Shown here: positions 1 through 13,643 of the stretch, piece by piece | Numbering within the stretch: the first letter of the stretch is position 1 | How the letters are laid out: every line of letters begins with the position of its first letter | DNA from: Stegostoma tigrinum | Lineage: Eukaryota | Length of the DNA stretch: 64,000 bases | Assembly (NCBI RefSeq): GCF_030684315.1 | Contig: NC_081396.1 | Span: 5,766,001-5,830,000, forward strand | Direction of reading: 5' to 3' | Program-made: the position numbers and the translations under genes | Notes under the pieces: model-generated | Told to the model about the DNA's origin: nothing | The model's database searches: none | Seen by the model: only the letters and a program-made list of their open reading frames with translations

Positions 1-587
1 GCTTGTTGTAGTGTAATTACAGAACAACAGGACATCATCACCCTCATTCACTGAAATTGCAGCCGCTGTTTGTGAGACAGAATCTCCACGACAAAGTCCT
101 GAAAGAATGGAGAGTTTCAGAAAATTGAATAACAGACTTCAACATTCTGTCGCTCAGAATCAGCCCATTAACCGTCATCACTAACATGAGAAATGAATCA
201 GGGAAGTTGAACTACAATCCGTTATGAGGAGGTCATTTCCTGAAACTTAAAGGGAAAGCTGAAAACAGTTGGTGGATTTTAAACTCTCCCCTCGGTTGAA
301 TCACCGTTTTGTCCTCCGTCCTGACTGAATGTCCAGCCTAACTCTTCCACTGTCATTCACTCAGGTACGTTTGCTGATTTCTCTCAAACTCTGCTCACTG
401 TTCGGACATGTTTATATCCATTTGGTTTTCATTTGGGGAGAATGTATTGCTGCTTCCATGTTGCCGATACTGCTTGAGCAAATGGAATTCATGGCAAAGA
501 GCTGAAGCATAGAAAGAGACAACTTTTCAACCTACCCATGAGAAGAGCTGCTACTGGGAGAAGCAAACGCAGAGCTCCAGGCGACAT
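1..587 (-). CDS. TCR alpha/delta-type V segment, copy A (leader exon 536-587; V exon 1-98, cut off by window edge)
   Basis: Leader MSPGALRLLLPVAALLM(G) with phase-1 GT donor; acceptor ...ctttcag at 99-100; exon reads LCRGDSVSQTAAAISVNEGDDVLLFCNYTTTS; 1-98 identical to 36494-36591. Confidence 0.9.
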
Positions 588-2379
588 GTTTGCAGACAGA
601 TCACGACGGAAGTGAGCAGAACTGGCCGAAGATAAGTTGGGTTTCAGCAAGTGTTGGAAACAGGTTGAGTCATTTCCGGATCTCCACTCATTGGTTCATT
701 GTTGGCAAACACAACAGATGGCAGCCAATGAGCTCCAAGATCCTTTGTTCTTCGATTTAACAAAGCCGTTTCAAACTCCTTCGACGACACTGTGTGGAGC
801 TGGAGGAACACGACAGGTCAGGCAGCATTACAGAAGTTTCATTAACTTCACACCGTTGTGCCTGACTTCAGCATCTGCAGTAATTGCTATCTTCAATCCC
901 CTCCATATCATGGCTCTTCTGAGAAAGGACCAAAGTTCGGAAGAAGGTTTGCAGTGCCCGTAAAGTTAACTCAGTTATCTCTTCACAGTTGATGCTAGAC
1001 CTGCTGAGTTTCTCCAGCTATTCCTGCTTTTGCTTCAGATTTCAAGCACCCGCTGTGCTTTCTTATTTTTGCTTAAGGAGCTGTAGAATTTGCAGACAGG
1101 TGGATCTCACTGACAATGAGATCGATGGTTGGCTTATTAACTTGCGCGAGACAGGGAGCCCTGGGCAATTTATATAAACAGGAGGCTGTGAATCTTCTAA
1201 TTTCAGGGGACTGACTCTGAGCTGGCTGGCCACAGCCAGTGTAGTCAGTATGTGTGAATGAAGGGCCACTTGGTGAGGAAATGTCGGCCTCCGTCCAGTC
1301 ATTTCAGGAGCAAAATAAATTTGCTCATTAATAAACAGCGTTTTGGACAGAGGTCAAATCAAATGTTGTCCCGTAACAGTTATCATTTCTGTAAGCGAAA
1401 CCAGTGAAGGGACTTTGTTCGAGTATCAGAAATGCGTTTCCCCACTTACAAGGTGCTCTTGGACTTTGTAGACTCCCTGCAACTGATGCAGAGGACCAGA
1501 AGGTCTGAGACATTGCATATAGTAATGAGAAAAATAGCCAAATATATAAAGAAACAAGCAAATTTCTAATGAACTAAGCAGTAGAATGGAATGTTGCTTT
1601 TGCTGCATTTACTGGGTAAGATCCATTGCTACCAGATTTGGTTAAATTTTCTTATTGACATTGTAAATGTAACACCAGTACCTGTATCAGATGCACTGCA
1701 GTGGTTCAAATCGATTTTCATTGCCATATTGTCACGGGCAATTAGAGATGGAGGCTCACGTGGCTAGTCACGCGTGCACAAGAATAATGGATTTTTAAAA
1801 ATACATATTGTTGTAAAGTCTCCTTCATCGAAATGGGAGTGGGGCAACAGCAGACATACACGTCAGTGCACAGTCCAAATTGTGATTGAAGTGAAGGTAT
1901 CACTGCCGGGATTACAGGTGACACAAGAACAAAGCGGAAGAAAAGTGGTGAGGATGACTGAAATAGTCTACAAGAAGACAAACGTTTCTACTGTTTCAGT
2001 GAATTTGAATATAGCATACACTGGCGTGGCCTCTGGGATGTTTGCGGTGCCAGGAAGTTAACAATTTATGAAAGTGGCAAAACCAAATGATGAATTTTCT
2101 GGAAGCGTTCTTTAGATGAAGGCACAATGACTGAGTTTTTCGCCCTCCTGCCGCACAGAAGCCGAGATATAGGTTCTACAGCAGCCTCAGGTGGCAGTCT
2201 TTGGGAGTTTGCACACTCTACCTTTGCTTGCTTGGAATTCCTGCGGGTGCTTTAGTTCCCTCCCACAGTCGACAGTTTAAGTGTTTTAGCCAGAGGGTCT
2301 GCAGGGTACAGGGATTGGCAGAATGTTCTTCAAAGACTCGATGGTCCCAATGGCCTTCTTCCACACTGTAGGGGTCAAA

Positions 2380-3000
2380 TGATTAGATCGTGTTACTGTT
2401 GATATGTGGGATTTCGGCGTGGCAGCCAGACAAGAGTTTATACCCGTTCCTAGTTTCCCTTGAGAAGGTGGTGGGGAGTTGCCTTCTTGAACATGTGCAG
2501 TCCTCCTGTTGTGGTTCGACTCGCAATGCACTTACGGAGGAAGTTCTAGGATTTTGACCAGGCAGCAATGAAAGAACAGCAATATATATCTAAGTCAGGG
2601 GGGTACGTGGTTTGGTGGGGAACTCACATTTTGCGGTAATCCCATATATTTGTTGCCCCTTGCGCTTCCAGATTGAAATCGTCGTGTGTTTGGAAGTTGC
2701 TGTCTGGTGAATTCCAGCAGCCGATACTGTCGGTAGTACACACTGGGCATCCATGGTGGAGGCGGCAGATGTTTGTGGATGTTGTGCCAATCAGGAAGGC
2801 TGCTTTCTCTTGGATGGGGTAAAGCTTTTGGAGTGTTGTTGGGCTGCTCTCATTCAGACAGGTGGGGAGTATTCCATCACACTCTTGACCTGCGCATTGT
2901 ACATTGTAGGGAGGTTTTGGGGAGTCACTAGTAATGTTGCTCGTCGCATATTCCACGCCTCTGGCCTGCTCTTGTAGCTATTCTCTTTATGTAGTGAGTC
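2380..3000 (-). mobile_element. Degenerate non-LTR retrotransposon 3' part (CR1/L2 group)
   Basis: Remnant peptide SSPTTLQKLYPIQEKAAFLIGTTST; related copies at ~39230-39960, 52820-53530, 56140-56830. Confidence 0.6.
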
Positions 3001-3002
3001 CA

Positions 3003-3140
3003 CATGGAGCAATTCATGGAAGTAATTCCCAATGTACTGACAACATTCGTTGGTAGAAGTTGTGTGACTTCTCCTTCTCCAGTCACCTCTGTGGACACCA
3101 GAGTGTAAAGCAGCAGGAGGACTCTACAAATTCAGAGCAT
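3003..3140 (-). pseudogene. Truncated V pseudogene of the intronless-leader family
   Basis: ML*ICRVLLLLYTLVSTEVTGEGEVTQLLPTNVVSTLGITSMNCSM: stop at codon 3, sequence ends just after the first Cys where a LINE fragment abuts; homologous to 40570-40684. Confidence 0.75.
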
Positions 3141-3849
3141 TATCGGATTGCAGGAGCAGAGGCTAAAGCAGTTATCAACAGGGGAAGCGAGGATCAATAT
3201 TATATCGATAAGAGTAAACAGCTTGAAGAATGCCTCACTTCACATCGAACTCAGAACCGCTGTCATGGTGAAGTTGCAGAAGCAGAAAAGACTTGGCGTT
3301 TGTTTTTGTGATAAACCTCTCACACTGGTAGATTCTCACACTGTCTGCAAGGTCATTCTTCATTCAGCCCCCATCTTCAATATGAATTCAGATGCACACT
3401 ACCATCTAGTGGCGTCAACAAGTAATTGCGACGTTCAAATTCAAAAACAAGTTCGAATTGATCGGATGCTGCTCAATACAAGCAGATATATCCTGCTTCC
3501 CGGTATAACACTGCGAAATTCTGCATTTCAACTTCAATTGAATCATTCAACAACTTGATACTCCTTTCCAGCCGCATTGTACCCAATACCTTACTCCACA
3601 CTGTGATCACTCTCAGTGCACTGAGAGAAATAGCCCCACATTTCGTCTTAATATAATATTTTGTGCTTTGAAACGGTGTGCATCATCGGACTGATTCCAT
3701 GTGAATACTTATTTCTGTCCAAACAAAGTGTGCTGGGAAATTTGCGAAGAGAAACACGTTTCATCACACTGGAATATCGTTTGGCTGGTGTTAAGAAGGG
3801 CACAACTGACGAGATGCTTTCTGTGCACACGGTCGGTCTGTGCCACCCC

Positions 3850-4270
3850 ACGCGGCACTTCAAGTGGCTGCGTAGGGTTTCACACTTACACATATCTCCT
3901 TCTGAAATGTAGATGTGCAAAAGAAGTCTGGAGGAAGATGCAGTGTCTTTTTTTTATCGAGGTTTCTTCCGAGCAACTCGATGACTCGGGGCTCTGTGCT
4001 GTTTGGGTTTTTCCTCGGGACGCAACCCAAGGAAAGCTTCCACCGTGCCTGGAAGGCCATCAACTCTGCGAAAGACTTTCTATCGTCTGCCTGAAACCTG
4101 TTGCGCTTCCAATGCAAAGAGTTGACCTCGACCAAGTGCTGCAGACCGGCACATTCTAGGGTCTGGGACTACATGCAGTGGGAAGCACTAAAGCTTGGGG
4201 CAACTGCTGCCAAGGTGCAGTGGAGAAAGGCCACTGTCTGAGGTCTTCCTGCTGAAGGTAAATGGGGTTC
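3850..4270 (+). mobile_element. L1/Tx1-like LINE 3' fragment (RT zinc-binding region)
   Basis: YLLLKCRCAKEVWRKMQ resembles HLLxxCxxAxxVW; homologous to 42400-42790. Confidence 0.6.
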
Positions 4271-4573
4271 TGTTCAGTTATCAAACACTCCTCGTGTGTC
4301 AAATATGTATAAGTATTAATATTGTGTGTGTAAGAGCTGTCTGGTTTTTTGGACTGAGTCCAAGCCCAATGTTTTGTTTATGTAAATGGGACACAACCTC
4401 ACAGAACTCAAATGCTCTTGTGGAAATGAATATACACAGAGATGTTTTTCTAAATAAAATATCACATCGAACTAAGAAAGTGTACATTTATTTCTGTTAT
4501 GTACAGCATTTCCACAGGAAGAGCTTTATTGACAGTTCATTACAATAAATCATTCAGCTGGGATCTGACTGGA

Positions 4574-4844
4574 NNNNNNNNNNNNNNNNNNNNNNNNNNN
4601 NNNNNNNNNNNNNNNNNNNNNNNNNNNNNNNNNNNNNNNNNNNNNNNNNNNNNNNNNNNNNNNNNNNNNNNNNNNNNNNNNNNNNNNNNNNNNNNNNNNN
4701 NNNNNNNNNNNNNNNNNNNNNNNNNNNNNNNNNNNNNNNNNNNNNNNNNNNNNNNNNNNNNNNNNNNNNNNNNNNNNNNNNNNNNNNNNNNNNNNNNNNN
4801 NNNNNNNNNNNNNNNNNNNNNNNNNNNNNNNNNNNNNNNNNNNN
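4574..4844. other. Assembly gap (271 N)
   Basis: Run of N; the equivalent position in duplicate B (43130-43225) is a CT/CA microsatellite. Confidence 1.
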
Positions 4845-5976
4845 ACACAGGCAGAAATTTTCTATACTTGCGATTATGTGGGATCTGGCAGGATTGATAC
4901 AGAAATGGAGGCATGGATGGATTGGAATGAAAGGGAGCAGGAGACGAGGAACAGAATCAGGCTATTTGATCAGGCTATTTGGCCCTCTGAGCCTATTCGA
5001 CCATTTGACAATGGCTGATATGTTACTCAACGCCATTCTTCTAACTTCTTCCTTTAACCTTTGATCCCATTACTAGAAAGGAACCGATTCATCTCTATGT
5101 TACGTTCACTCAACGATTTGGTCTCCACAGCCTTGCGCAGTCATGAGTTCCACAGATTCACTAAGCTCTGAGTAAAGAAATTCCTCCTCATCTCAGTTCT
5201 CAAGGGTTGTCCCTCCAGTCTGAGGCTGTGCTAACTGGCCCCAGTCTCTCCAACTAGAGGAAACATTTTCTCCACGTCCACACTATTCAGGCCTCTCAGT
5301 ATTCAGTAAGTTTTGGTCACATCTCCCCTCCTCCTTCTAAACTCTATTGATCCAGACCCACAGTCCTCAACCACCTCCTACATGACCAGCCCTTCATCAG
5401 TGGGATCATTTTTGTAAATCTCCTGAGAACGCCCTCCAAGGCCAATACGACCTTCCTTAGATATGGAGCTCAAAAATGTTCACAACATTCCAATTGCTGT
5501 TTATAAAAGCCTTATAAAGCCATAGGAATATGCACTCCTGCATTCGCATGCTAGCTCTCTCAAAATGAATGTTAAAATGGCATTTGTCTCATAAATTGCT
5601 AACTCACAGAGGCATACATGCCGAAACAGGCCCTTGGTTCAAACCCATCCATGCTATTCAGACATCCCAGTCTGATTTAGTCACATTCATATACTTGCCA
5701 AGATTAAAATTTTTGTCTCTTTGTGTCTGCATTTCGTGTCTGAGTGCTTGTATGCGCGTGTATCTGTGTGAGCGTCTGTCTATGTGTGTTTGCAAATGTG
5801 CGCCTCAGTGGGTCTGTCTGCATGTGCATTTCTGTCTGTGTGTAGTTACCTTTTTTAAATGTGTATTGCATTGTGGGTTTATGTCTGCGTGCAATGGGGG
5901 ACATGTGGGTGGAGGCTGAATGAATCAGTGCCATCGCGTCTCTCCATGTTGCTCTATTCTGATTAAAATTATACAA

Positions 5977-5995
5977 TGCCGCCACCTGCTGGCGG
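5977..5995 (-). promoter_or_regulatory. Candidate CTCF-binding site
   Basis: Reverse strand CCGCCAGCAGGTGGCGGCA fits the CTCF core CCASYAGRKGGCRS. Confidence 0.55.
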
Positions 5996-6629
5996 TTCGA
6001 TGCAGCAGCACACGGGATAGACTTTTGAGAAGGCCTTTCTGATCCCCAGAGGGTTCCTCTTGGGAATTTTCCACTGGGCTACTTTGCAGCAGAGCAGAGC
6101 CAAAACTAAGAGACATAGATTAAAACTAAGGAGCCATGGTTTATGGCAGACATGAGAGGAATCTATTTTGAGGCAGGCAAATTCATGGCATCATCGTTGG
6201 CTCTGCTGCAGAGGGAGAGAGAAATAGGCACAGAGATGCAAGAGCTATAGGGGATTCAATTGTAAGGGGAATATACAGATGAGAGTGTGTTGCCTCCCTG
6301 AACCTCGGGTCCTGGATGTCTTGAAGAAGATCAAGGACAATCTTGAGGGGGAGGGCGAACGGTGAGTGGTCATGATACAAGGCCATGATACATATTCACG
6401 ACAAAGGTCAAAAAAAAGGAACAAGGCCATAAAAAGAAAATATAGAGAACTGGGCGGAAAATTGAAATGTAGACACTTAAAGGTCGTTATCTCAGAATTA
6501 TGATCAGTGCCACGAGCTGGTCAGGTTAGAAACAGCAGGAGAAATAGGATGAACATGTGGCTGTAAAACTGGTGAGACGGAGAGGGTTTCAATTTCATGG
6601 GGCATGGGGACCATGAGGTGGGAGGTGGG

Positions 6630-7840
6630 ATACTGATGGGTTGCAGGATGAGGCATTCCACTCTCGCACATCCCAGAAGTCCACGTTCTACAGTGGTTGA
6701 GAACGCCCTTGAGCCTGTCTCCCGCATTTCCCATAACGCATTCCTCACACCCCGCCTCCGCCACAACCGCCCCAAGATGGTCCCCCTCGTTCTCACATAA
6801 CACCCCACCAACCTCCGGATATAACGCATCATCCTCCGACACTTCTGCCAACTACAATTCGACCCCACCACCCAAGACATTTTTCCATCCCCACCCCTGT
6901 CTGCTTTCCGGAGAGACCACTCTCTCCATGACTCCCTTGTTCACTCCACACTCCCCTCCAACCCCACCACACGCGGCACCTTATCTTGCAACCGCACGAA
7001 GTGCTACACTTGCCCCCACACCTCCTCCCTCACCCCCATCCAAGGTCCCAAAATGACCTTCCATATTCAGCAGATGTTCACCTGCACATCTGCCAATGTG
7101 TTATACTGTATCCATTATACCCAGTGTGGCTTCCTCTACATTGGCGAAACCAAGCAGAGTCTTGGGGACTGCTTTGCAGAACACCTCTGCTCGGTTCGCA
7201 ATAAACAACTGCACCTCCCAGTCACGAACCATTTTAACTCCCCCTCCCATTCCTCAGACGACATGTCCATCATGGGCCTCCTGCAGTGCCACAATGATGC
7301 CACCCGGAGGTTGCAGGAACAGCAACTCATATTCCACTTCGGAACTCTGCAGCCCAATAGTATCAATGTGGACTTCATAAGCTTCAAAATCTCCCCTTCC
7401 TCCACTGCATTCCAAATCCAGCACAGCTCGTCCCCTCCCACCACTGCATCCCAAATCCAGCCCAGCTTGTCTCCGCTTCCCTAACCTGTTCTTCCTCTCA
7501 CCCATCCCTTCCTCCCACCTCGAGCCGCACCTCCATCTCCTACCGACTAACCTCATCCCGCCTTGGCCTGTCCGTCTTCCCTGGACTGACCTATTCCCTC
7601 CCTGCCTCCCCACCTATACTCTCCTCTCCACCTACCTTCTTTTCTCTCCATCTTCAGTCCGCCTCCCCGTCTCTCCCTATTTATTCCAGAACCCGCTCCA
7701 CATCCCCCTCTCTGATGAAAGGCCTAGGACCGAAGCGTCAGCTTTTGTTCTCCTGAGATGCTGCTTAGCCTGCTGTGTCCATCCAGCTTCACACTTTGTT
7801 ATCTTGGAATCTCCAACATCTGCAGTTCCCATTATCACGG
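6630..7840 (+). mobile_element. Penelope-like element, 5'-truncated (GIY-YIG endonuclease and 3' pLTR with hammerhead-like core)
   Basis: CTSANVLYCIHYTQCGFLYIGETKQSLGDCFAEH; 3' end ctgatgaaaggcctaggaccgaagcgtc. Confidence 0.85.
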
Positions 7841-7849
7841 TAGGTAAGT

Positions 7850-9370
7850 CCTCAGGTCGTCAGGGGATGTACAGCATAATGTAGAAACAGGCAAATGAAC
7901 AAACTTTGGAGCATTGACAGACATCTTTGTATCCTCTTTGGCAACAGGTGATGTCCCCGAGGACTGGAGAATAGCCAATGTTGCCCCATTGCTTAAAAGG
8001 GTACTAGGGATAATCCAAGAAAATACAGGCCTGTCAGCCTTTGGCCAGTGGCAGGGAAATTACTGGAAAAGTTTCTCATGCAAAAGATCTGTACGCATGT
8101 CGAAGCAAATGGACTTAGTGGTGATAGATAACATGGTTTTGTGCAGGGGCCCATGCCTTAGTAAGTTGATCAACATTTCTGAGGAGTTAATGAAGATGAT
8201 TAATGAGGGGAAAGTAGGTGATGTTCTCCACATAGACATCTGTCAAGCCTTTAACTAGGTCTGTCATGACAGGCTAGTACAAAAGGTAAAGTCACATGGG
8301 TATCAGGGTGAACTGGAAAGATGGATACAGAACTGGCTTAGTCATAGTAGACATAGAGTAAGAATGTTTGTTCCGAATGGAGGGATAGTCTAGGGGTGTT
8401 CCACAAGGATCAGTTCTGAGACATCTACTGTTCATGGTCTACATAAATAACTTGGAGGAAAACATGGCTGGTCCAATTAGTAAGTTTATGGTCCTTACAA
8501 AGATTGATGTAGATGCAGTTCGTGAGGCGGATTGTCAGCGGATACAGCAGGATATAGATCTTATGGAGGTTTGGGCAGTAAAAAGGCAGCTGGAATTTAT
8601 TCCGGGCAAATGTGAGCTGATGTATTTTGGAAGATCAAATACAGGTGGAAATTATACACTGAATGCCAGAACCCTTAGGAGTATTGACATGCACAGGGAT
8701 CCGAGTTTGCAGATCCACAGATTGTTGAAGTTGACAGCGAATGTAGATGAGGTAGTAAAAAAGGTTAATGGCATGCTTGCCCACATTGGAAGGGGCAGTG
8801 AGCATAAGGATAGACAAGAAATGCTGCAGCTTTATATAATTTTAGGCCACATTCGGAATATTGTGTACATTCCGATCATCACAATAACAGAGGATGTGAA
8901 TGCTTTGGAGACGGTGCAGGGAATAGGGATTTTTAGCTATGAAGAATCGTTGGATAGACTGGGCTTGTTTTCACTAGGATGCAGGATGTTGAGGGGTCGC
9001 CTGATAGAAGTTTGACAGATTTTAAATGGCATGGATCGAGTGGAATGATTGAAGTTTTCTCTCAGGATGGAGGTGTCACTTACCAGGGAACACAGTTTGG
9101 TGGTGTGAGAGTGGAAGTTTAAAACAGATCTGCAAGGTATGTTTTTCACACAAAGGGAGTTGAGTTCCCAGAATGTGCTGCCAGAGTAAATGGTGGAAGC
9201 GGGCACAATAGCAGCATTCACGAAGCACCTGGACGACTATGTGAATAGGAAGGGAATAGAGGGGTAAGGATTCTGTAAGTGAAGACAGTTTTAGTGTGAA
9301 AAGGCACAATATGGTGGTGCACAAGTGAAGGCGAACAGGTCTGTTTCCGCGCTGCATTGTTAATTGTTCT
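7850..9370 (+). mobile_element. CR1 LINE fragment (RT, degenerate)
   Basis: GDVPEDWRIANVAPL, DCQRIQQDID, YEESLDRLGLFSL; stops and frameshifts. Confidence 0.9.
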
Positions 9371-10789
9371 TTGGAAACAGCCTCCAATGCCATTTGACTT
9401 TCCATTTATATGCTGCCCAACACTGTTCGCGCTTTTCCAGCTATGGCCCGACTAGTAACTTCCACGCATTTTTTTAACAATACTTTGTGTTAAGAGAATG
9501 AACTTATTTGGAGAAAGGTGGAAATGTTTTACACATAAGGTTGGGGCTGAGACAGCAACTTGGACTACAAATCGTTTTGGCCTTCTAGCAAAAATTGGAG
9601 TTACCTCCCTGAAAATATAAATTCCTCACAATGCCTCACATCTATTTTCACACCTGGAAAATGAAATCGAAGGGATTGGTTCCTCATAGTTTATGTCTGT
9701 GGGAGAAAATTCTGTGCATAAACGCTAAATACTTTGACCAAAACTGATTTACTTACACAGTAAAAATCAAAAGATCTGCAGATGTTGCAAATCAGAGAAC
9801 AAAAGCAGAAATTGCTGGAAAAGCTGAGCAAGTTCTGAGGAAGGGTCACTTGACACAAAACCATAGCTGATTTCTTGCCGGACTGGCTGAGCTATTCCAG
9901 CAATTTCTGCTTCTGTTTCTGATTTGCATACAGTCATACAGCTCACAAATAGGCCATTGTTCAAACCAGTCCATGCTGAACATGATCCGAAATGAACCTA
10001 ATCACCCCTGCCTGTTCCTGGCCCATATCCTTCCAAACTTTTTCGATTCACGTACTGAGCTAAGTGTCAGTTAAACGTAATATAACCCACGTCAGCCACG
10101 TCCAAAGGAGATTCATTCCACATCTGAACGACCGTTTGTATAAAATTCGCCCCCATGATTTTTTTCTCAAGTCTTTCTCTTTCTTGATCTCCAGCAATTT
10201 TCTTTTAAACGTTCTAATCTATGACAGTGAAAACATAACAAATCCATTGAAACAGTTCCATCTTCTACGCCAATTTTTTGTGAACTCCACACCATGTTCC
10301 TGTCAATCAGATCAATCATGAGCTTTTCGCGTGGTAAAGCAGTTTCAAAATAGTCATTGGCCCTTCTGCATCTCATTCATTTGCGCAACGTATGACAGCT
10401 TTCTGCCATAAGACTCTCTGCCTTTCATTGAGAGGTTCACTGGAGAGTTCCTCCTCCAGCTCCAAGCTCACCAAGCCTTCCAGTTTTCTTTCCCCTCAGT
10501 GATGATGAATAAGCTCAAACTTTACGAATCTACAAGTACTTTCTGTGAGAAATATCCATATGATTTCAAAAAAAAACGAGAGCAGCCCCATGCCAACTGT
10601 TGGAGAAAATCAAATGCAAACTTTTTGTTTAATCTTCTCAACCTTCCTTCCTTTCAGCGATTCAGATGAAATTTGACAAATCAGGCCACAAACAGGAAAG
10701 TGGAGAGCGCGGTCAGGCCGGCAGAGCAAAACCCTCTAACCCTCCCATGGCACCCACTATCAGAATGAATGTGGTTCATTTCTGGATGT

Positions 10790-11195
10790 GATTAGCAGCA
10801 GCAATAACAGCATAACGCACTCCTGTAATCCTTTGCGAGCTCCCTGGTGTCTCTAACGGCTGGACAATACAGCGATTTGTATCGCACACTGAGAGCAACT
10901 GAACGGTCTTCCCACCAAGCCCCCCCTCCCGTTCCCCTGTGTAAATGCGTTGCTGTGGCAGCAGGTTGGATGATTGACTGATCTGCTTCCCACACTCGGA
11001 GTAGGTGATTGGCCTCTCCCCGGTTTAAACTCGCTGCTGTGTCTGCAGGTTCAACAACCGAGTAAATCTTTTTCCGCACTGAGAACAAATGGACAGCCTT
11101 TCTCCACTGTGAATCCGATGTCAAGGGGCCAGAATAAACCACTGGGAAAAACACTTTCCCACACTCACAGCATGTGAACAGCAAATCAACCGTGT
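10790..11195 (-). pseudogene. C2H2 zinc-finger pseudogene (3' fingers only), paralog of 45953-46627
   Basis: FTCCECGK and degenerate HTGE linkers with frameshifts; 3' flank homologous to 44550-45950. Confidence 0.8.
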
Positions 11196-12500
11196 GCATT
11201 TCCAGCAAATTTTTATGACGAGCTGTTGTTGAAAATGCCTCCCCTTTTCTCACGGATAAAGACAACTCAAACTCCAGCTTGTCTGCCAATTCCAACAGCT
11301 TTGCCTTGCTCACATTTCGTAAAACTCCCAAAGTCACGTCTTCACCCTCCAAAACGCTCTCGGTGACTGAAAGAGCCATTACTGTACAAAGCATTCCATG
11401 TTCGAAACACCCGAATTCAGCACCCGAAACAAAAGACACTCACACATACTATTCGCTGCCTTTCAGTCAACAACCAGTTCTGGGCGCCCTATTATAGGAA
11501 AGATGTGGATGCTTTGGAGAGGGTTCAGAGGAGGTTTACCAGGATGCTGCCTGGACTGGAGGGCTTATCTTATGAAGAGAGGTTGACTGAGCTCGGTCTC
11601 TTTTCATTGGAGAAAAGGAGGAGGAGAGGGGACCTAATTGAGGTATACAAGATAATGAGAGGCATAGATAGAGTCGATAGCCAGAGACTATTTCCCAGGG
11701 CAGAAATGGCTAGCACGAGGGGTCATAGTTTTAAGCTGTTTGGTGGAAAGTATAGAGGGGATGTCAGAGGCAGGTTCTTTACGCAGAGAGTTGTGAGAGC
11801 ATGGAATGCGTTGCCAGCAGCAGTTGTGGAAGCAAGGTCATTGGGGTCATTTAAGAGACTGCTGGACATGCATATGGTCACAGAAATTTGAGGGTGCATC
11901 CATGAGGATCAATGGTCGGCACAACATTGTGGGCTGAAGGGCCTGTTCTGTGCTGTACTGTTCTATGTTCTATGTTCTAACCTGAAACCTAAATTTGAAT
12001 TATAGAATGAGGTATTGTACGAGCTCCCAGTTTGTTAAAGACCAGACTCTCTCAAAATATTTTAAGAACGCTGGACCCCAACTTTTTCTTCTTCTAAATG
12101 TAGATGTGAAACTGTTCCATATGTGAGGCATGTGGTCAAAGCACTCGACGTCAAGAGAAGCCCAATTTATTTAAACTCTACATTCAAAATACAAACAAAA
12201 CAAAAAGGAATTTAGAAGAACTTAACGATTGGAAAACTAGGTACAGTACGTATTAGTCACTAACTGCCCCAAAATAGCAATTTCACTTAAACACAACACT
12301 TGGCAAAGAGGTAAATTCATGCACAAATATGACGTGCAGTTTCCAACTCCAGAAGGGATCAACATGAAGAGAGATTTCAGACAAAGTTATGGTTAAGAAA
12401 TATTCACTGAAGCTTGCAGACCTCTGGGACGCTAACAGCTTCAACAGCTACAGCTAAAATAAACTTTAAAATCCTGATCTGGGCGAACTGGTAACTCACC
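11195..12500 (-). mobile_element. Gypsy-type LTR retrotransposon remnant: LTR (~12033-12500), PBS (12017-12029), gag N-terminus (~11200-11380), interrupted by a CR1
   Basis: Minus strand TAACA-aac-TGGGAGCTCGTAC resembles LTR end plus tRNA-Pro PBS (TGGGGGCTCGTCC); downstream MALSVTESVLEGEDVTLGVLRNVSKAKLLELADKLEFELSLSVRKGE is gag-like. Confidence 0.55.
11475..11978 (+). mobile_element. Young CR1 LINE 3' end
   Basis: Intact QFWAP..KDVDALERVQRRFTRMLPGLEGLSYEERL...; (TTCTATG)n tail. Confidence 0.95.
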
Positions 12501-13633
12501 TTCTGTTTTTCCACCTGCTGAAATTTAGCAGGTCTGGCAGAATCTTTGGAACATGTTACAAAGGAGATACGTTGAAATCCGAACAGTAACTCTTTCTGTC
12601 TCAGTGAATGCTGCCAGTCCTGCCTAGTTCTCCGACACTTTATAGCACTTCATCATTTCATAGACATCTTGGAAGTTTCTTTTTTGTTGATTTGATACGA
12701 ACTGAGAACGAGTGGAATCCTCCTGCTCTGCACAGGAATTGGCTTTAACAGACTTCAACTCCTCTGGAGCTCAGTGGCACACACAGAAAACGTTTAGCTG
12801 AGGTTTCAGGAAAAGAAAAGAACAAAACTCAGTCACAGAAAAAACTGAAAAGAAGAGACGTGGATATTCACGGCACATCACACACCATTAGTTACTGATA
12901 AAGTTTCAGATGAGACTCTCAGAAAAAAAAGTTTCCACCACCAGCACCAGGCCCTGTTACAGAGAGGGAGAGAAAAGGTGCTTCATTAACGGTTGGTGGA
13001 ACAGGTGGATTGTCCCTAGAAGAGTGTCAGACTATATTCTCTCCAGTTTAGAAGAACGGGCAATAATGTCATTCAAACATATAAAATCTTTCTTGGTTTC
13101 AATTATAGCAACAGGCAGAAGGGCTGTTGCAGAAAATGTTTGTTTAAACTTTTGGGAAAATTTGTTTGCCTTATCAATTGTATATGTTCACCACAATATT
13201 CTCACTGAACTATATCGTCCAGTAATCCGGTGATCAATTGCAAGCCTGACTGAAGATGCCTGGTTTGAGGTACAGGTTTCCTGATCAGATCTTTGATCGA
13301 GGTCCCATCAACTTGCTCAGCATTGTACAATCATCAGTACCGATGAATTAAAATGAGGACTGGGCGGGGCAAGGTGTAATAGAACGAAATGTTGGGCATG
13401 GTGGAGTGGGGAGGTTGATTTTGGGGTTCTCCCGGAATTCCACCTCCACAGTCTTTGCTCAAAGCGTATCACTGGATGGAAACAACGTCACAGCGCACAG
13501 CTCATTCATGCGGGACCAAGGAGAACTGCAGCGATTACTGAGGGAACATGCACCCACATTCAGCTACAACTCCACCCTAGTGCATTCGGTCAATGTGAGA
13601 GGGGATTACATATTCAGATCACATGGCAGATGA

Positions 13634-13643
13634 AGTGACGTAA
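13634..13643 (+). promoter_or_regulatory. CRE-like decamer upstream of the NAR-TCR V leader
   Basis: AGTGACGTAA about 220 bp 5' of the ATG, similar to the TCR V-promoter decamer AGTGAYRTCA. Confidence 0.4.

Noticed and set aside
637-963. 108-aa ORF conserved in both duplicates (also 37117-37443)
   Set aside because: Non-ATG start, built partly from PLE-derived repeats; conservation explained by the recent duplication
1300-2060. Unique duplicated sequence with short ORFs upstream of the V leader
   Set aside because: No recognisable domain and ORFs differ between copies; left unannotated
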